Source of the DNA: Eubacteriales bacterium
GTDB taxonomy: Bacteria; Bacillota; Clostridia; Oscillospirales; CAG-272
Assembly: GCA_045535815.1 (NCBI GenBank)
Contig: JAZSMJ010000006.1
Span: 5,430 to 69,429, forward strand
DNA: 64,000 bases
Direction: 5' to 3'
Under the pieces are notes generated by a model. That model had not been told where the DNA came from. It was given only the letters and a program-made list of their open reading frames with translations, and did not search any database. The position numbers and the translations under genes are program-made. This document shows positions 1-12,656 of the stretch, one piece after another (position 1 is the first letter of the stretch; the number at the start of each line of letters is the position of its first letter).

Positions 1-844
1 TGAAAAAACAGGTTTAATAACTAATATTCAAAGATTTTCGGTGCACGATGGCCCCGGCATCAGAACAACGGTCTTTTTTAAAGGCTGTACCATGAAATGC
101 CGTTGGTGTCATAATCCCGAAACGCAGAAATTTACACGGCAGGTCTGGCTTGATGCTATTAACTGCGTTGGATGCGGAAACTGTCTGAACGTTTGCGATG
201 CTATATGCCATTTCTTTACCGAAAACGGTCATAAATTAGATACCGGAACGTGTGTAAGATGTGGAAAATGCATATCGGTATGTCCGATGAAGGCTCTTAC
301 CTATTGCGGTAAGCTTATGACGTCTGATGAGATAATAAAAGAGGTAAAAAAAGACGAGGCCTTTTACGGCGATAACGGCGGTATAACGCTGTCGGGTGGC
401 GAGCCGATGGCGCAGGGAGATTTTACAATAGAGCTTCTCTCTTCGGCAAAAGAAGCAGGTATAAACACCTGCGTTGAAACTGCAGGCCATTTTGACTCAT
501 CGCTTGTGCCTCAGCTTTGCTCTTTAGCTGATCATATCCTTTGGGATATAAAGGATACGGACAGAGAACGCCACAAGCAAAACACAGGAGTTTATCCCGA
601 TAAAATACTTAAGAATCTTAAGCTTGCGTCTGAGCTTGCTCCTGAAAAAATTACTGTCAGAAGTATTCTTATAAAGGGAATTACTGATAATGATGAGCAT
701 AAAAACAAGGTAGAGGAGCTGTGCACCTCGATTGGTATTGAAAAATACACATTCTTCCCATTTCATCCCTATGGAAACGGTAAAAAGGACAACATCGGTG
801 ACTACACTACCGAGAGAATGGGCAAGGAATACATACCCGAATAA
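1..844 (+). CDS. Glycyl-radical enzyme activating enzyme (radical SAM with ferredoxin insert), 5'-truncated by the window edge
   Basis: Frame is open from position 2 (EKTGLITNIQRFSVHDGPGIRT). It has the GCTMKCRWCHNPE radical-SAM motif, two CxxCxxCxxxC insert motifs and SGGEP. Confidence 0.9.
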   Translation, partial: EKTGLITNIQRFSVHDGPGIRTTVFFKGCTMKCRWCHNPETQKFTRQVWLDAINCVGCGNCLNVCDAICHFFTENGHKLDTGTCVRCGKCISVCPMKALTYCGKLMTSDEIIKEVKKDEAFYGDNGGITLSGGEPMAQGDFTIELLSSAKEAGINTCVETAGHFDSSLVPQLCSLADHILWDIKDTDRERHKQNTGVYPDKILKNLKLASELAPEKITVRSILIKGITDNDEHKNKVEELCTSIGIEKYTFFPFHPYGNGKKDNIGDYTTERMGKEYIPE

Positions 845-881
845 AAAAATCCTTTGGCGAAATAACGCCAAAGGATTTTTT
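843..881. terminator. Bidirectional intrinsic terminator
   Basis: AAAAAAATCCTTTGGCG-AAATAA-CGCCAAAGGATTTTTT between convergent genes. Confidence 0.85.
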
Positions 882-890
882 GATATTATC

Positions 891-1544
891 TTATTCAGCA
901 GCCTCACGAAGCTGTTTTACAGCAAGTGCGATATCGTCTGCCTTGAATACGGATGAACCTGCAACGATAACTGTTGCACCGGCTTTAACTACAACGTCAA
1001 CGTTCTTGGGTGAAATACCGCCGTCAACCTCGATACAAACGTCAAGACCTGCTTCATCTATCATGGATTTTACTGCCTTTATGTTATCAACGGTTTCGGG
1101 AATAAACGACTGACCGCCAAATCCGGGCTCAACCGTCATAACGAGAACCATATCAACGTAAGGGAGAAGATCCTTTATAAGATAGGGGTCTGTCTTTGGT
1201 TTTATGGATATAGCAGGCTTTATTCCGAGAGAGCGGATGTATTCAAGTGTTTCCTTGTGATTTGAGCAGCTCTCGTAATGAATGGTGATTATATCTGCTC
1301 CTGCCTTGGCAAATTCATCGATATATCTCTTAGGCTCAGTTATCATAAGGTGAGTGTCAAAGACCAGCTTCGAGTGGGGTCTTACAGCAGATATGAGGCA
1401 AGGACCAAACGTTATGTTTGGAACGAAAATTCCGTCCATTACGTCAAGGTGAAGATATTCAACGCCTGCATCCTCTACCTTTTTTATCTCAGCGGCAAAC
1501 TGTGAAAAGTCGCATGCGAGCACAGAGGGTGAAATTTTTATCAT
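891..1544 (-). CDS. rpe: Ribulose-phosphate 3-epimerase
   Basis: ISPSVL, HLDVMDG, DTHLM, MTVEPGFGGQ and EVDGG motifs. Confidence 0.97.
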   Translation of the reverse strand: MIKISPSVLACDFSQFAAEIKKVEDAGVEYLHLDVMDGIFVPNITFGPCLISAVRPHSKLVFDTHLMITEPKRYIDEFAKAGADIITIHYESCSNHKETLEYIRSLGIKPAISIKPKTDPYLIKDLLPYVDMVLVMTVEPGFGGQSFIPETVDNIKAVKSMIDEAGLDVCIEVDGGISPKNVDVVVKAGATVIVAGSSVFKADDIALAVKQLREAAE

Positions 1545-1780
1545 GGTTAAAAACCTCCTGAATTATGTAAAAAGAATATTAAACAAGATGAAAAAATGAT
1601 GTATGCTCTATATTGGACGAATAGGTATTTATGACGCCCTGTGACGAAATAAAACCAACTGCCATATTATATAAAGCGGTAAAAAATAGCAGTAAAGATA
1701 TGGCGTAAGACTATAAATAAAAAGGACGTGAAATGACCGCCTGCCATATCCTGATGCATAATATAAATCTATTTATAAGG

Positions 1781-1809
1781 GCTGTCTGTGCATAATAAGT
1801 GCAGACAGC
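1781..1809 (-). terminator. Hairpin / probable terminator after ispF
   Basis: Imperfect inverted repeat GCTGTCTG...CAGACAGC directly after the ispF stop. Confidence 0.55.
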
Positions 1810-2304
1810 TTATTTTTTCTTGCGTAAGATGACCACGGCATGAGCGGCAATACCTTCTTTTGCTCCGGTAAAGCCTAAGCCCTCTTCAGTTGTAGCTTTA
1901 ACGTTTACGTTTGCACTGTCTGTATAAAACGCCTTTGCAATATTATCCTTCATCTGATCGATATAAGGTGCAAGTTTGGGGGACTGAGCAATTACAGTGG
2001 AATCGATATTACCGATAACGAATCCCTTTTCAAGCATAAGCTCTGCAGTTCTTTTGGCAAGTATAGTGCTGTCGATGTCCTTATATTTCTCATCGGTATC
2101 GGGGAAGCTGTGACCGATATCACCAAGTGCAAGTGCGCCGAGAACGGCATCTATTATTGCATGAAGAAGAACGTCAGCATCCGAATGTCCAAGCAGACCG
2201 ACGCTGTGCGGAATATTTACTCCGCCGATTATAAGACGTCTGCCTTCGCACAATCTATGAACATCATATCCGTGACCTATACGAAAATCCGTGTATTCAG
2301 ACAT
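1810..2304 (-). CDS. ispF: 2-C-methyl-D-erythritol 2,4-cyclodiphosphate synthase
   Basis: [16 protein letters not shown] and KATTEEGLG motifs. Confidence 0.97.
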   Translation of the reverse strand: MSEYTDFRIGHGYDVHRLCEGRRLIIGGVNIPHSVGLLGHSDADVLLHAIIDAVLGALALGDIGHSFPDTDEKYKDIDSTILAKRTAELMLEKGFVIGNIDSTVIAQSPKLAPYIDQMKDNIAKAFYTDSANVNVKATTEEGLGFTGAKEGIAAHAVVILRKKK

Positions 2305-3065
2305 TATTTCTTTCCTTTGCGTTTATCAATAATCATTTGAGCGAATGCAAAATCGTCCGTAGTTGTGATCTTAATGTTTTCGTATCCGCAATCGGTAAGC
2401 TTAACCTTAAAGCCAGCGTGCTCAGCTATCATGCAGTCATCCGTAACGGCAATACCGTCTCTTTGAGCTATAGCTGAAGCTGCAATATAAAGTGATGTCT
2501 TAAATATCTGGGGTGTCTGAGCATGCCAAACAAGGCTTCTGTCAACCGTTTCGGATATGAAACCGTCTTCATTTGCAAGCTTTATGGTATCCTTTGTTTT
2601 GTTTGCGGCGCAGGCGGCGCCGTATTTTATTGCATCAAGAAAAACGTTTTTAATATTTTCAGGTGTTACAAGACAGCGTGCCGCATCGTGTATTGCAACA
2701 AAGTCCGATTTTGGAGAAAGTGCCTCAATGCCGTGCATTACCGATTCTTGTCGGGTGTTTCCGCCCGGAACTATCTTTGATATCTTTTTGAATCCGTATT
2801 TTTCTTTAAGATCGCTGTAAAAGGGAAGCTCATCTTTTTTTGCAACTATTATTATTTCATCTATAAAATCGCATTCTTCAAACTGCATTACGCTGCGAAC
2901 GACAACGGGTGTGCCGTCTACCTCTGCAAGCTGTTTTGTCAATCCGTCAGGCAACGCCGCACGGGTACCGCTTCCGCCTGCGGCGATAACAGCAGAGTTG
3001 AAGGTTTTATAGATTGTTTCCTCTTTTGCAAGAGCACGAACGATCTTAAAAAATAGGTTGTTCAT
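2304..3065 (-). CDS. ispD: 2-C-methyl-D-erythritol 4-phosphate cytidylyltransferase
   Basis: [27 protein letters not shown] and NIKITT motifs; coupled to ispF. Confidence 0.95.
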   Translation of the reverse strand: MNNLFFKIVRALAKEETIYKTFNSAVIAAGGSGTRAALPDGLTKQLAEVDGTPVVVRSVMQFEECDFIDEIIIVAKKDELPFYSDLKEKYGFKKISKIVPGGNTRQESVMHGIEALSPKSDFVAIHDAARCLVTPENIKNVFLDAIKYGAACAANKTKDTIKLANEDGFISETVDRSLVWHAQTPQIFKTSLYIAASAIAQRDGIAVTDDCMIAEHAGFKVKLTDCGYENIKITTTDDFAFAQMIIDKRKGKK

Positions 3066-3088
3066 TATAACTCCTGAATTTTAAAATA

Positions 3089-3126
3089 AAAGCGGCATCA
3101 AACGATGTTGTTCGTGATGCCGCTTT
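3089..3126 (-). terminator. Intrinsic terminator of the oxidoreductase operon
   Basis: AAAGCGGCATCA...TGATGCCGCTTT, with a T-run on the minus strand. Confidence 0.75.
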
Positions 3127-3157
3127 CAAGGTGTTTTAGGGACCGCGCAAGCGGCTT

Positions 3158-3691
3158 TTATTCGAAATAGTATCCGAGATCGAATGCTTTTTTATTACGC
3201 TCTATAAGAGCAGCCTTTGATTCAGGAATACCCTCAATCATATGATTAAGGAAGAATTCGTAATCAAAAATACCTGTCTTTTTGATTATGTATCCAAGCA
3301 TAATAACGTTTGCAGAGCCGGTAATACCGTTATCTGCTGCAAGACCTGTAGCAGGAATATAATAAGCCGTAATATCGCTTCTTTCAGACTTTTTGGTTAT
3401 AAGGGTACTGTCTGCAAAAAGAATACCGTCGGGAACTATTCTGCTCTCGAATTTATCAAAAGCCTGGATGTTAAAAGCAACGAGAATATCGGGATTGGAA
3501 ATAATGGGAGCTCCTATCTCCTCATCAGAGATAATAACGCTGCAGTTTGCAGTACCGCCTCTCATCTCAGGGCCGTAGGAGGGAAGCCAGGTAACGTTTT
3601 TATCGCTTTGCATACCTGTCTTTGCAAGCTGCTTTGCGGCAAAAAGAATTCCCTGACCGCCGAAACCTGCGAGAATCATACTTTTAGTCAT
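3158..3691 (-). CDS. 2-oxoacid:ferredoxin oxidoreductase gamma subunit
   Basis: AGFGGQG and SYGPEMRGG motifs. Confidence 0.93.
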   Translation of the reverse strand: MTKSMILAGFGGQGILFAAKQLAKTGMQSDKNVTWLPSYGPEMRGGTANCSVIISDEEIGAPIISNPDILVAFNIQAFDKFESRIVPDGILFADSTLITKKSERSDITAYYIPATGLAADNGITGSANVIMLGYIIKKTGIFDYEFFLNHMIEGIPESKAALIERNKKAFDLGYYFE

Positions 3692-3692
3692 A

Positions 3693-4448
3693 TTATTTCT
3701 CCTCCTCGCTTCCGATGTCCTTGTATACTCCGAGCGGATAGAAGGGCATCATATCGGATCTGAGCCATTCAAGTGCTTCTTTGGGAGTCTTGCCCCAGTT
3801 TGTCGGACAGGTGGAAAGAACCTCAACTATAGAAAGTCCCTTTTTATCTATCTGATACTGGAATGCCTTTTTGATAGCCTTTTTAGCATTGTTAACGTTT
3901 TTAACGCAGTCAACGGCAACTCTTTCAGCGTATGCAGTTCCGCCGAGTGTAGACATCATTTCGCAAACTCTTACAGGGTTACCCTGAATCTCTTTTTTTC
4001 TTCCGTAAGGAGAGGTTGTAGTAACCTGTCCGGGAAGTGTGGTGGGTGCCATCTGGCCGCCGGTCATACCGTAAATAGCGTTATTTATAAAGATTATTGT
4101 AATATTTTCTCCTCTTGCACCAACGTGTACCGTTTCTGCAGTACCGATAGCGGCAAGGTCACCGTCACCCTGATATGTGAAAACGACGTTATCGGGATGC
4201 GTTCTCTTAACACCTGTTGCAACTGCGGGTGCACGGCCATGCGCTGCTTCTATCATATCGCATTCAAAGTAATTGTATGCGAAAACAGAGCATCCAACTG
4301 GTGCAATGCCGACAGTCTTTCCTTCGATTCCGAGTTCATCTATTACCTCCGCAACCAAGCGGTGAACTATACCGTGAGTACAGCCGGGGCAGTAATGGAA
4401 GGGTACAGGAGACAATGATTTAGGTCTGTCAAATACAACTTTAGACAT
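3693..4448 (-). CDS. 2-oxoacid:ferredoxin oxidoreductase beta (TPP-binding) subunit
   Basis: YCPGC, GDGD...NN TPP motif, YGMTGGQ and CPTNW. Confidence 0.93.
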   Translation of the reverse strand: MSKVVFDRPKSLSPVPFHYCPGCTHGIVHRLVAEVIDELGIEGKTVGIAPVGCSVFAYNYFECDMIEAAHGRAPAVATGVKRTHPDNVVFTYQGDGDLAAIGTAETVHVGARGENITIIFINNAIYGMTGGQMAPTTLPGQVTTTSPYGRKKEIQGNPVRVCEMMSTLGGTAYAERVAVDCVKNVNNAKKAIKKAFQYQIDKKGLSIVEVLSTCPTNWGKTPKEALEWLRSDMMPFYPLGVYKDIGSEEEK

Positions 4449-5509
4449 TATTTGTCACCTCCGCTGAGTTTTTTGATCTCTTCAAGAACGTCACCGGGTG
4501 TCATGATCATACCGCCGGTGCGTCCAAAGAATGAAACGGGCTTGCGACAGTTGATAGCAACCTTGACGTCATCAACCATCTGTCCCATATTAAGCTCACA
4601 TACGAGGAACTGCTCTGCGCTATCAGCAAGCTTTGCAAGAGGCTTTGAGGGGAATGGCCAAAGTGTGATGGGACGGAGAAGTCCTGCCTTGATGCCCTGA
4701 GCACGTGCTGCGGTTACTGCGGATTTGCATATTCTTGAGGTAATTCCGTAAGCAACCAAAACGATATCTGCATCGTCAGTCATAAATTCTTCGTAGAGGG
4801 TTTCGTTTTCTTCTACCTTCTTATAACGCTCAAAGCGTTCGATAACTATTCTTTCGAGCTCCTCGGGAGCTATGTAAAGAGAGTTGATTATATTCTTTTT
4901 GCGCTTGCCCTCGTGTCCGCAAGCTGCCCAATCCTTTTCGGGAAGGCTCTTTACGTCTGTTTCTTCAAATTCAACCGGCTCCATCATCTGTCCGAGCGCA
5001 CCGTCTGCAAGTATCATAGCAGGCATACGGTACTTGTCTGCAACGTCAAATGCTCTTGATGCAAGACTTGCCATCTCCTGAACGGATGAAGGTGCTAAAA
5101 CGTAGAGGTGAAGATCGCCGTGGCCGTTAGCCTTTGTTGCCTGATAGTAATCAGACTGTGCAGGCTGAATACCGCCAAGACCGGGGCCGCCTCTCTGTAC
5201 GTTTAAAATAAGGCAGGGAAGGTCGCTTCCTGCAAGATAGCTTATACCCTCACTCTTGAGGCTTATTCCGGGCGAGGATGATGAGGTCATGGCACGAACA
5301 CCGGTAGATGCAGCACCGAGAACCATATTTATAGCGGCGATTTCGCTTTCTGCCTGCAGGCAGAGTCCGCCGACTTTAGGCATACGCTTTGCCATATATT
5401 CTGCAATTTCAGTCTGAGGGGTTATCGGATAACCGAAGTAATAAAGGCAACCGCTTCTGATAGCAGCTTCGGCAATAGCCTCGTTACCCTTCATTAAAAC
5501 CTTTGACAT
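4448..5509 (-). CDS. vorB: 2-oxoacid:ferredoxin oxidoreductase alpha subunit (VorB-like)
   Basis: GNEA, YPITP, QAESE, TSSSSPG and QRGGPG motifs; substrate not determinable from sequence. Confidence 0.88.
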   Translation of the reverse strand: MSKVLMKGNEAIAEAAIRSGCLYYFGYPITPQTEIAEYMAKRMPKVGGLCLQAESEIAAINMVLGAASTGVRAMTSSSSPGISLKSEGISYLAGSDLPCLILNVQRGGPGLGGIQPAQSDYYQATKANGHGDLHLYVLAPSSVQEMASLASRAFDVADKYRMPAMILADGALGQMMEPVEFEETDVKSLPEKDWAACGHEGKRKKNIINSLYIAPEELERIVIERFERYKKVEENETLYEEFMTDDADIVLVAYGITSRICKSAVTAARAQGIKAGLLRPITLWPFPSKPLAKLADSAEQFLVCELNMGQMVDDVKVAINCRKPVSFFGRTGGMIMTPGDVLEEIKKLSGGDK

Positions 5510-5553
5510 ATCAGTTTTCTCCTTTTAGGTAAAATAATTATAAGCGATTGCGA

Positions 5554-5766
5554 TTAAACGTCTTTTTCGACTCGAATTACAACGTCGGGACACATTGTAG
5601 CACACATAGCGCATGCAATACATTTTGACTGATCGATTATCGAAGCCGGACGGTATCCCTTGGCGTTAAGCTTGTCTTTAGAAAGCTCAAGTATCTTTCT
5701 GGGGCAGGCTTCAACACAAAGACCGCAGCCTTTACATAAGTCAACGTTGAAAGTAACTCTGTTCAT
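5554..5766 (-). CDS. 2x[4Fe-4S] ferredoxin-like delta subunit of the oxidoreductase
   Basis: CKGCGLCVEAC and CIACAMCATMC; GGAGG RBS before the ATG at 5766. Confidence 0.9.
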   Translation of the reverse strand: MNRVTFNVDLCKGCGLCVEACPRKILELSKDKLNAKGYRPASIIDQSKCIACAMCATMCPDVVIRVEKDV

Positions 5767-5770
5767 ATAT

Positions 5771-6439
5771 TCAACCTCCATACAGTTTCTTTGTATAATC
5801 AGAAATTATGAAAATATTTTCTTTTTGATAGTCTTTATTTATACAGCTTGAGCTGAAGACAACGGGCAGAGAGGTCAGACGAGATATCTCGTCTGCATAT
5901 TCAAACGAGGCTTCAAAAGTCACGTCTGTAGATTCAGCACCGATATTACTGTTATTGATTATTCCGGTGCATCTGAGCCTTGATCTTGCCTCTATATCGT
6001 GCATAAGATCAACTGCATCCGAAGGCTCTGCAGTGAGCGGACGGTACATACTGACCGTATACAGCATTTCATATCCGCAGTTTTGAATCTGCTGTGAAAA
6101 CATACCGAGAGCAACTGCTCCGGTATCGTCGCCACCAACGTCAAAAACCGTTATCGATTCGGTATCGGCAAATACGGAATATATTTCAGGCGGAAGAGAA
6201 GGGACGTCCACGTTTGAATTCGCATATTCTGGGATGATGCATTTGATACCGGCATCAGTCAATATCTTTTTGGAATCTGCAGCTCTGAAATAGGGGTTTA
6301 CGATATCAAGATCAACAAGTGTCGTCTTTTTACCTTGAGCAGCAAAAGAGAGAGCAAGGTTGACTGCAATATTCGTTTTACCCGATCCGTAGTGACCGGT
6401 AATAATAATTATGCGTTTTTCAGGATGATAAACGAACAT
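5771..6439 (-). CDS. P-loop NTPase (MinD/CobQ-like) of unknown function leading the oxidoreductase operon
   Basis: GHYGSGKT Walker A, DLDIVNPYFR and DVGGD; start set at MFVYH after an AAGGA RBS. Confidence 0.8.
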   Translation of the reverse strand: MFVYHPEKRIIIITGHYGSGKTNIAVNLALSFAAQGKKTTLVDLDIVNPYFRAADSKKILTDAGIKCIIPEYANSNVDVPSLPPEIYSVFADTESITVFDVGGDDTGAVALGMFSQQIQNCGYEMLYTVSMYRPLTAEPSDAVDLMHDIEARSRLRCTGIINNSNIGAESTDVTFEASFEYADEISRLTSLPVVFSSSCINKDYQKENIFIISDYTKKLYGG

Positions 6440-6575
6440 ACAAACTCTTTCCTTAAATAAAGCTATTAAGTAATTATACCACAAATAAATAATAATTACA
6501 ATAAGACAGACATCAAAAATCCAACAAAAAATATTGTTAATTGCGATATATATAAATATATTTTAGACAAAATAT

Positions 6576-6664
6576 AAGACGGAAGGTAACGGCGTGCACG
6601 GTCAGCGGTAAATTGAAAAAAATTTACGCATCTCCGAAGAAGCGCAGACCGAATGATCCGTCTT
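6576..6664 (-). ncRNA. Candidate structured RNA/DNA element (unassigned)
   Basis: Closing stem AAGACGGA/TCCGTCTT, inner CGGTC/GACCG stem, C(UUCG)G tetraloop on the minus strand, and a GTAAATT/AATTTAC hairpin. Confidence 0.35.
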
Positions 6665-6670
6665 TGTGAA

Positions 6671-6907
6671 TTATCTTTTTGATTTTTTTCTCAACCTATC
6701 GAGTAATGATTCAATTCTGGAGACAGCTTCCTTCTTTTCACTTTGTGATATTGAAATTACCTTGATATTGCTGTCTGTAAGCTCGCATTCAAGGATATCG
6801 CCTTCGTTTATCTCAAAAGAAATATCTTGAAGAGCTAAAGAGTATGAGGTATCTTCTCCTACGAGTATCGCAAAGCCTTCTTCGATTCTGTCAACTGTCA
6901 AAAGCAT
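6671..6907 (-). CDS. DUF3006-like small protein
   Basis: VDRIEEGFAIL...EGDIL pattern; about 78 aa. Confidence 0.75.
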   Translation of the reverse strand: MLLTVDRIEEGFAILVGEDTSYSLALQDISFEINEGDILECELTDSNIKVISISQSEKKEAVSRIESLLDRLRKKSKR

Positions 6908-6989
6908 ATTAACGTCCACCTTCCTTTTATATTTATTTTATCAATTGGGGCAAGCTATGTCAATAGACGGAAATAAAGAGGAATTATTA

Positions 6990-7018
6990 TTTACAAATCG
7001 GAAATTTTATTATATAAT
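6990..7018 (+). promoter_or_regulatory. Putative sigmaA promoter of ligA-obgE
   Basis: TTTACA-17 nt-TATAAT. Confidence 0.55.
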
Positions 7019-7047
7019 AATATAATACAGTATAAAAAGAAAGGTGA

Positions 7048-10297
<3,250 letters not shown>

Positions 10298-10299
10298 TT

Positions 10300-10333
10300 A
10301 AACAACGGAGAAGCAGTTGCTTCTCCGTTGTTT
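10300..10333. terminator. Bidirectional intrinsic terminator
   Basis: AAACAACGGAGAAGC-AGTT-GCTTCTCCGTTGTTT. Confidence 0.88.
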
Positions 10334-10549
10334 TTAGTAATTTTCTGAACTTAAAACTTCATTTCTGCTTCTGAAAAGAAGTGTGATGCACCAGATTGCC
10401 GCAAGACCAACAACAGTATAAATAATTCTGCTGAGAAGAGCGGTCTGACCGCCGAATATCCATGCAACAAGATCAAACTTGACAAGTCCGATACTGCCCC
10501 AGTTAAGGCCTCCGATGATCATAAGAATAAGCGCTATTCTGTCTAACAT
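10334..10549 (-). CDS. DUF378 small membrane protein
   Basis: IIGGLNWG...FDLV...RIIYTVVGLAA pattern. Confidence 0.9.
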   Translation of the reverse strand: MLDRIALILMIIGGLNWGSIGLVKFDLVAWIFGGQTALLSRIIYTVVGLAAIWCITLLFRSRNEVLSSENY

Positions 10550-10624
10550 GATTGTTCAGCTCCTTTATTTTATTTGAACAATCATATGATGTACGGTTTT
10601 TATAAAATTTATACCATTTATTTT

Positions 10625-11605
10625 TTATTCTTGATAGGATGTTTCTTCATTTGTTTCATCTGAGGAAGAGTTCATCATATCAAAGTCGCTCGGAGCAACT
10701 GTTTCGGCTTCTTGCTCGGTGTCTTGTTCTTCTGACGTTTCGATAGTAATATCGCTGTTTTCCACCTCTAAGGGATCGCCCGAGTATTCTGAAATGATAA
10801 TGTCGCCACTATTTATCTTTGCGTTTATCTTTCTGTCGGAAAATCCTTCCGAAATTATATTCTGACCTGATGAAGTGCCGAACAGATAGATATTTCCGTT
10901 TGACGTATGAAGATCAAACAGCTCGTCTCCGACAGGTGAAATCTCACAGTTAAGATCTCCCTCATCCAATTCAATGTTATATTCGGGTATAACACAACCG
11001 ATAAAGTCCGCATCTCCGTTTTTTATGGAAACGTAAAGCTTGGAATCGGTATAAACACGGTCAAAGCAGACGTTTCCGTTTTCAATAATAACGGAATAAT
11101 TCGTTTGAGATGATATCGAATTTGCATTGAAGCTTCCGTTTGATATGTTAATATCAAAATGCTCGATATCGTCATCAGAAAGATATACGTTTATAATTCG
11201 GTCTCTTTCACTGTAGGATGAGCTCTTGAGAAGATGGCGCAGACCGTTATTCTTAACCGATATTATGGTATTGTAAGCAGATATTGTATCGGTTATGCTG
11301 ATTACAGAATCGGACGAGTTGGAAATCATATAGGAATATGGGGTGTAATTTACCATTTCTATATATGACGATTCCGTACTGCTGAGCAGATTGACTGTTG
11401 AAGTATGATCAATATCAATGATTATTTTTTTAATTGAGGATGGTATCTCTTCGGTAATTATATAATCACCGGTTTCGGAGTAATACTCATTGAAAATGTC
11501 AATTCCGTTTTCTATCGCACTGTCATAAGCAAGATATGAAGTGAGTATTCCTGCTCCGATTATCAGAATAGAGATAACAAGAAAAACTATAGATGCAACC
11601 TTCAT
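10625..11605 (-). CDS. Membrane-anchored DUF4097-like beta-strand repeat protein
   Basis: N-terminal TM helix, repeated IxNG/SNG beta units and an acidic tail; follows a DUF1700-like gene. Confidence 0.65.
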   Translation of the reverse strand: MKVASIVFLVISILIIGAGILTSYLAYDSAIENGIDIFNEYYSETGDYIITEEIPSSIKKIIIDIDHTSTVNLLSSTESSYIEMVNYTPYSYMISNSSDSVISITDTISAYNTIISVKNNGLRHLLKSSSYSERDRIINVYLSDDDIEHFDINISNGSFNANSISSQTNYSVIIENGNVCFDRVYTDSKLYVSIKNGDADFIGCVIPEYNIELDEGDLNCEISPVGDELFDLHTSNGNIYLFGTSSGQNIISEGFSDRKINAKINSGDIIISEYSGDPLEVENSDITIETSEEQDTEQEAETVAPSDFDMMNSSSDETNEETSYQE

Positions 11606-12528
11606 CTTCTTGCACTCTCCTTCCTGAAATGATAGATCATCCGACGGATCTTTTTAATGATAAACCGGTAAAGCTTTGACCAGTTCTTTATAATGAATGG
11701 CAAAAGTCTGACCGCAATATTATAAAGAACAATTCCGGAAAACAAGGTTGCCCCTATCATGGTAATTCCAATGCCGATCTCAAATATACCAGAGTAAAAT
11801 TCTGAAAACGTTTGAAGTATACCGAAAATGATAATAGCAGCGGATGAAACCGTACCTGCTGCAACAACTGCAATTAGCGTGACAAAGAAAGATGCTATCA
11901 TAATAGCGATAGAAGCGCACACTACGGCAAAAAGAGCAACCAGAATTACTGCAATCGGAAGAGTAACCGGAATTGTAAGTATCATTACCGTCCAAAACAA
12001 AGGTGATGAGCGGGTGCTTTCAATATCAAGTGCTTCAAATTTTATTTTCTTTTTGGACATAGTGGACGGCTTAAAGGTTTTTTCGGCAATTTCGTTTATT
12101 CTTTCCTCTTCTGTCAGGTTTATGACAGCGCCCTCCTTGGTTTTTGCATCCTCATCAAACAGGTTGAGAACGAAATCGTTTGATCGGACTGCATCGTCAA
12201 ATACTGCAGGATCAAACTGTATCGTATATGCCTCGGATGGATCAATATCGTCCTTATCAGAAGAAGTGTTGTTTGATTCTATAAAAGCGTCCGGTCTGAT
12301 ATTATTATCAACGTCATATGTATTTGATTTTTCTATCAGGTTACCTATGTAGTCAGAAATTTTTTCAATCTCTTTTTCGTTATTGACAAACTTTTTTTCA
12401 AAATCCTGATCAGAGATCGCAGAGAAAAAACGTTCCATCTGCTCCATATACGAAGCAAACGTTTCTTCAGGATATTCTCTCGCAGTAAGCTCAGCGCGAA
12501 GCGAAGACAAAAAATCGGTCTTATTCAT
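11602..12528 (-). CDS. DUF1700/HAAS-like membrane protein
   Basis: MNKTDFLSSLRAEL N-terminus and long hydrophobic C-terminal helices; an alternative TTG start exists at 12552. Confidence 0.65.
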   Translation of the reverse strand: MNKTDFLSSLRAELTAREYPEETFASYMEQMERFFSAISDQDFEKKFVNNEKEIEKISDYIGNLIEKSNTYDVDNNIRPDAFIESNNTSSDKDDIDPSEAYTIQFDPAVFDDAVRSNDFVLNLFDEDAKTKEGAVINLTEEERINEIAEKTFKPSTMSKKKIKFEALDIESTRSSPLFWTVMILTIPVTLPIAVILVALFAVVCASIAIMIASFFVTLIAVVAAGTVSSAAIIIFGILQTFSEFYSGIFEIGIGITMIGATLFSGIVLYNIAVRLLPFIIKNWSKLYRFIIKKIRRMIYHFRKESARR

Positions 12529-12656
12529 TATTTTTGCGTCGGAGATATCCAACTTTCCTTTCTACAGATTTTTATGATTGATTTTTTTCGATTGATATAT
12601 TATAATAATACTATCCTATTATTACAATTATATCAAAATTCGGAGATACTTTCAAT

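Noticed and set aside
1545-1780. Long rpe leader with repeated CTGCCATAT as a riboswitch or small ORF
   Set aside because: Only two 9-nt copies, no convincing fold, and no RBS for the short ORF.
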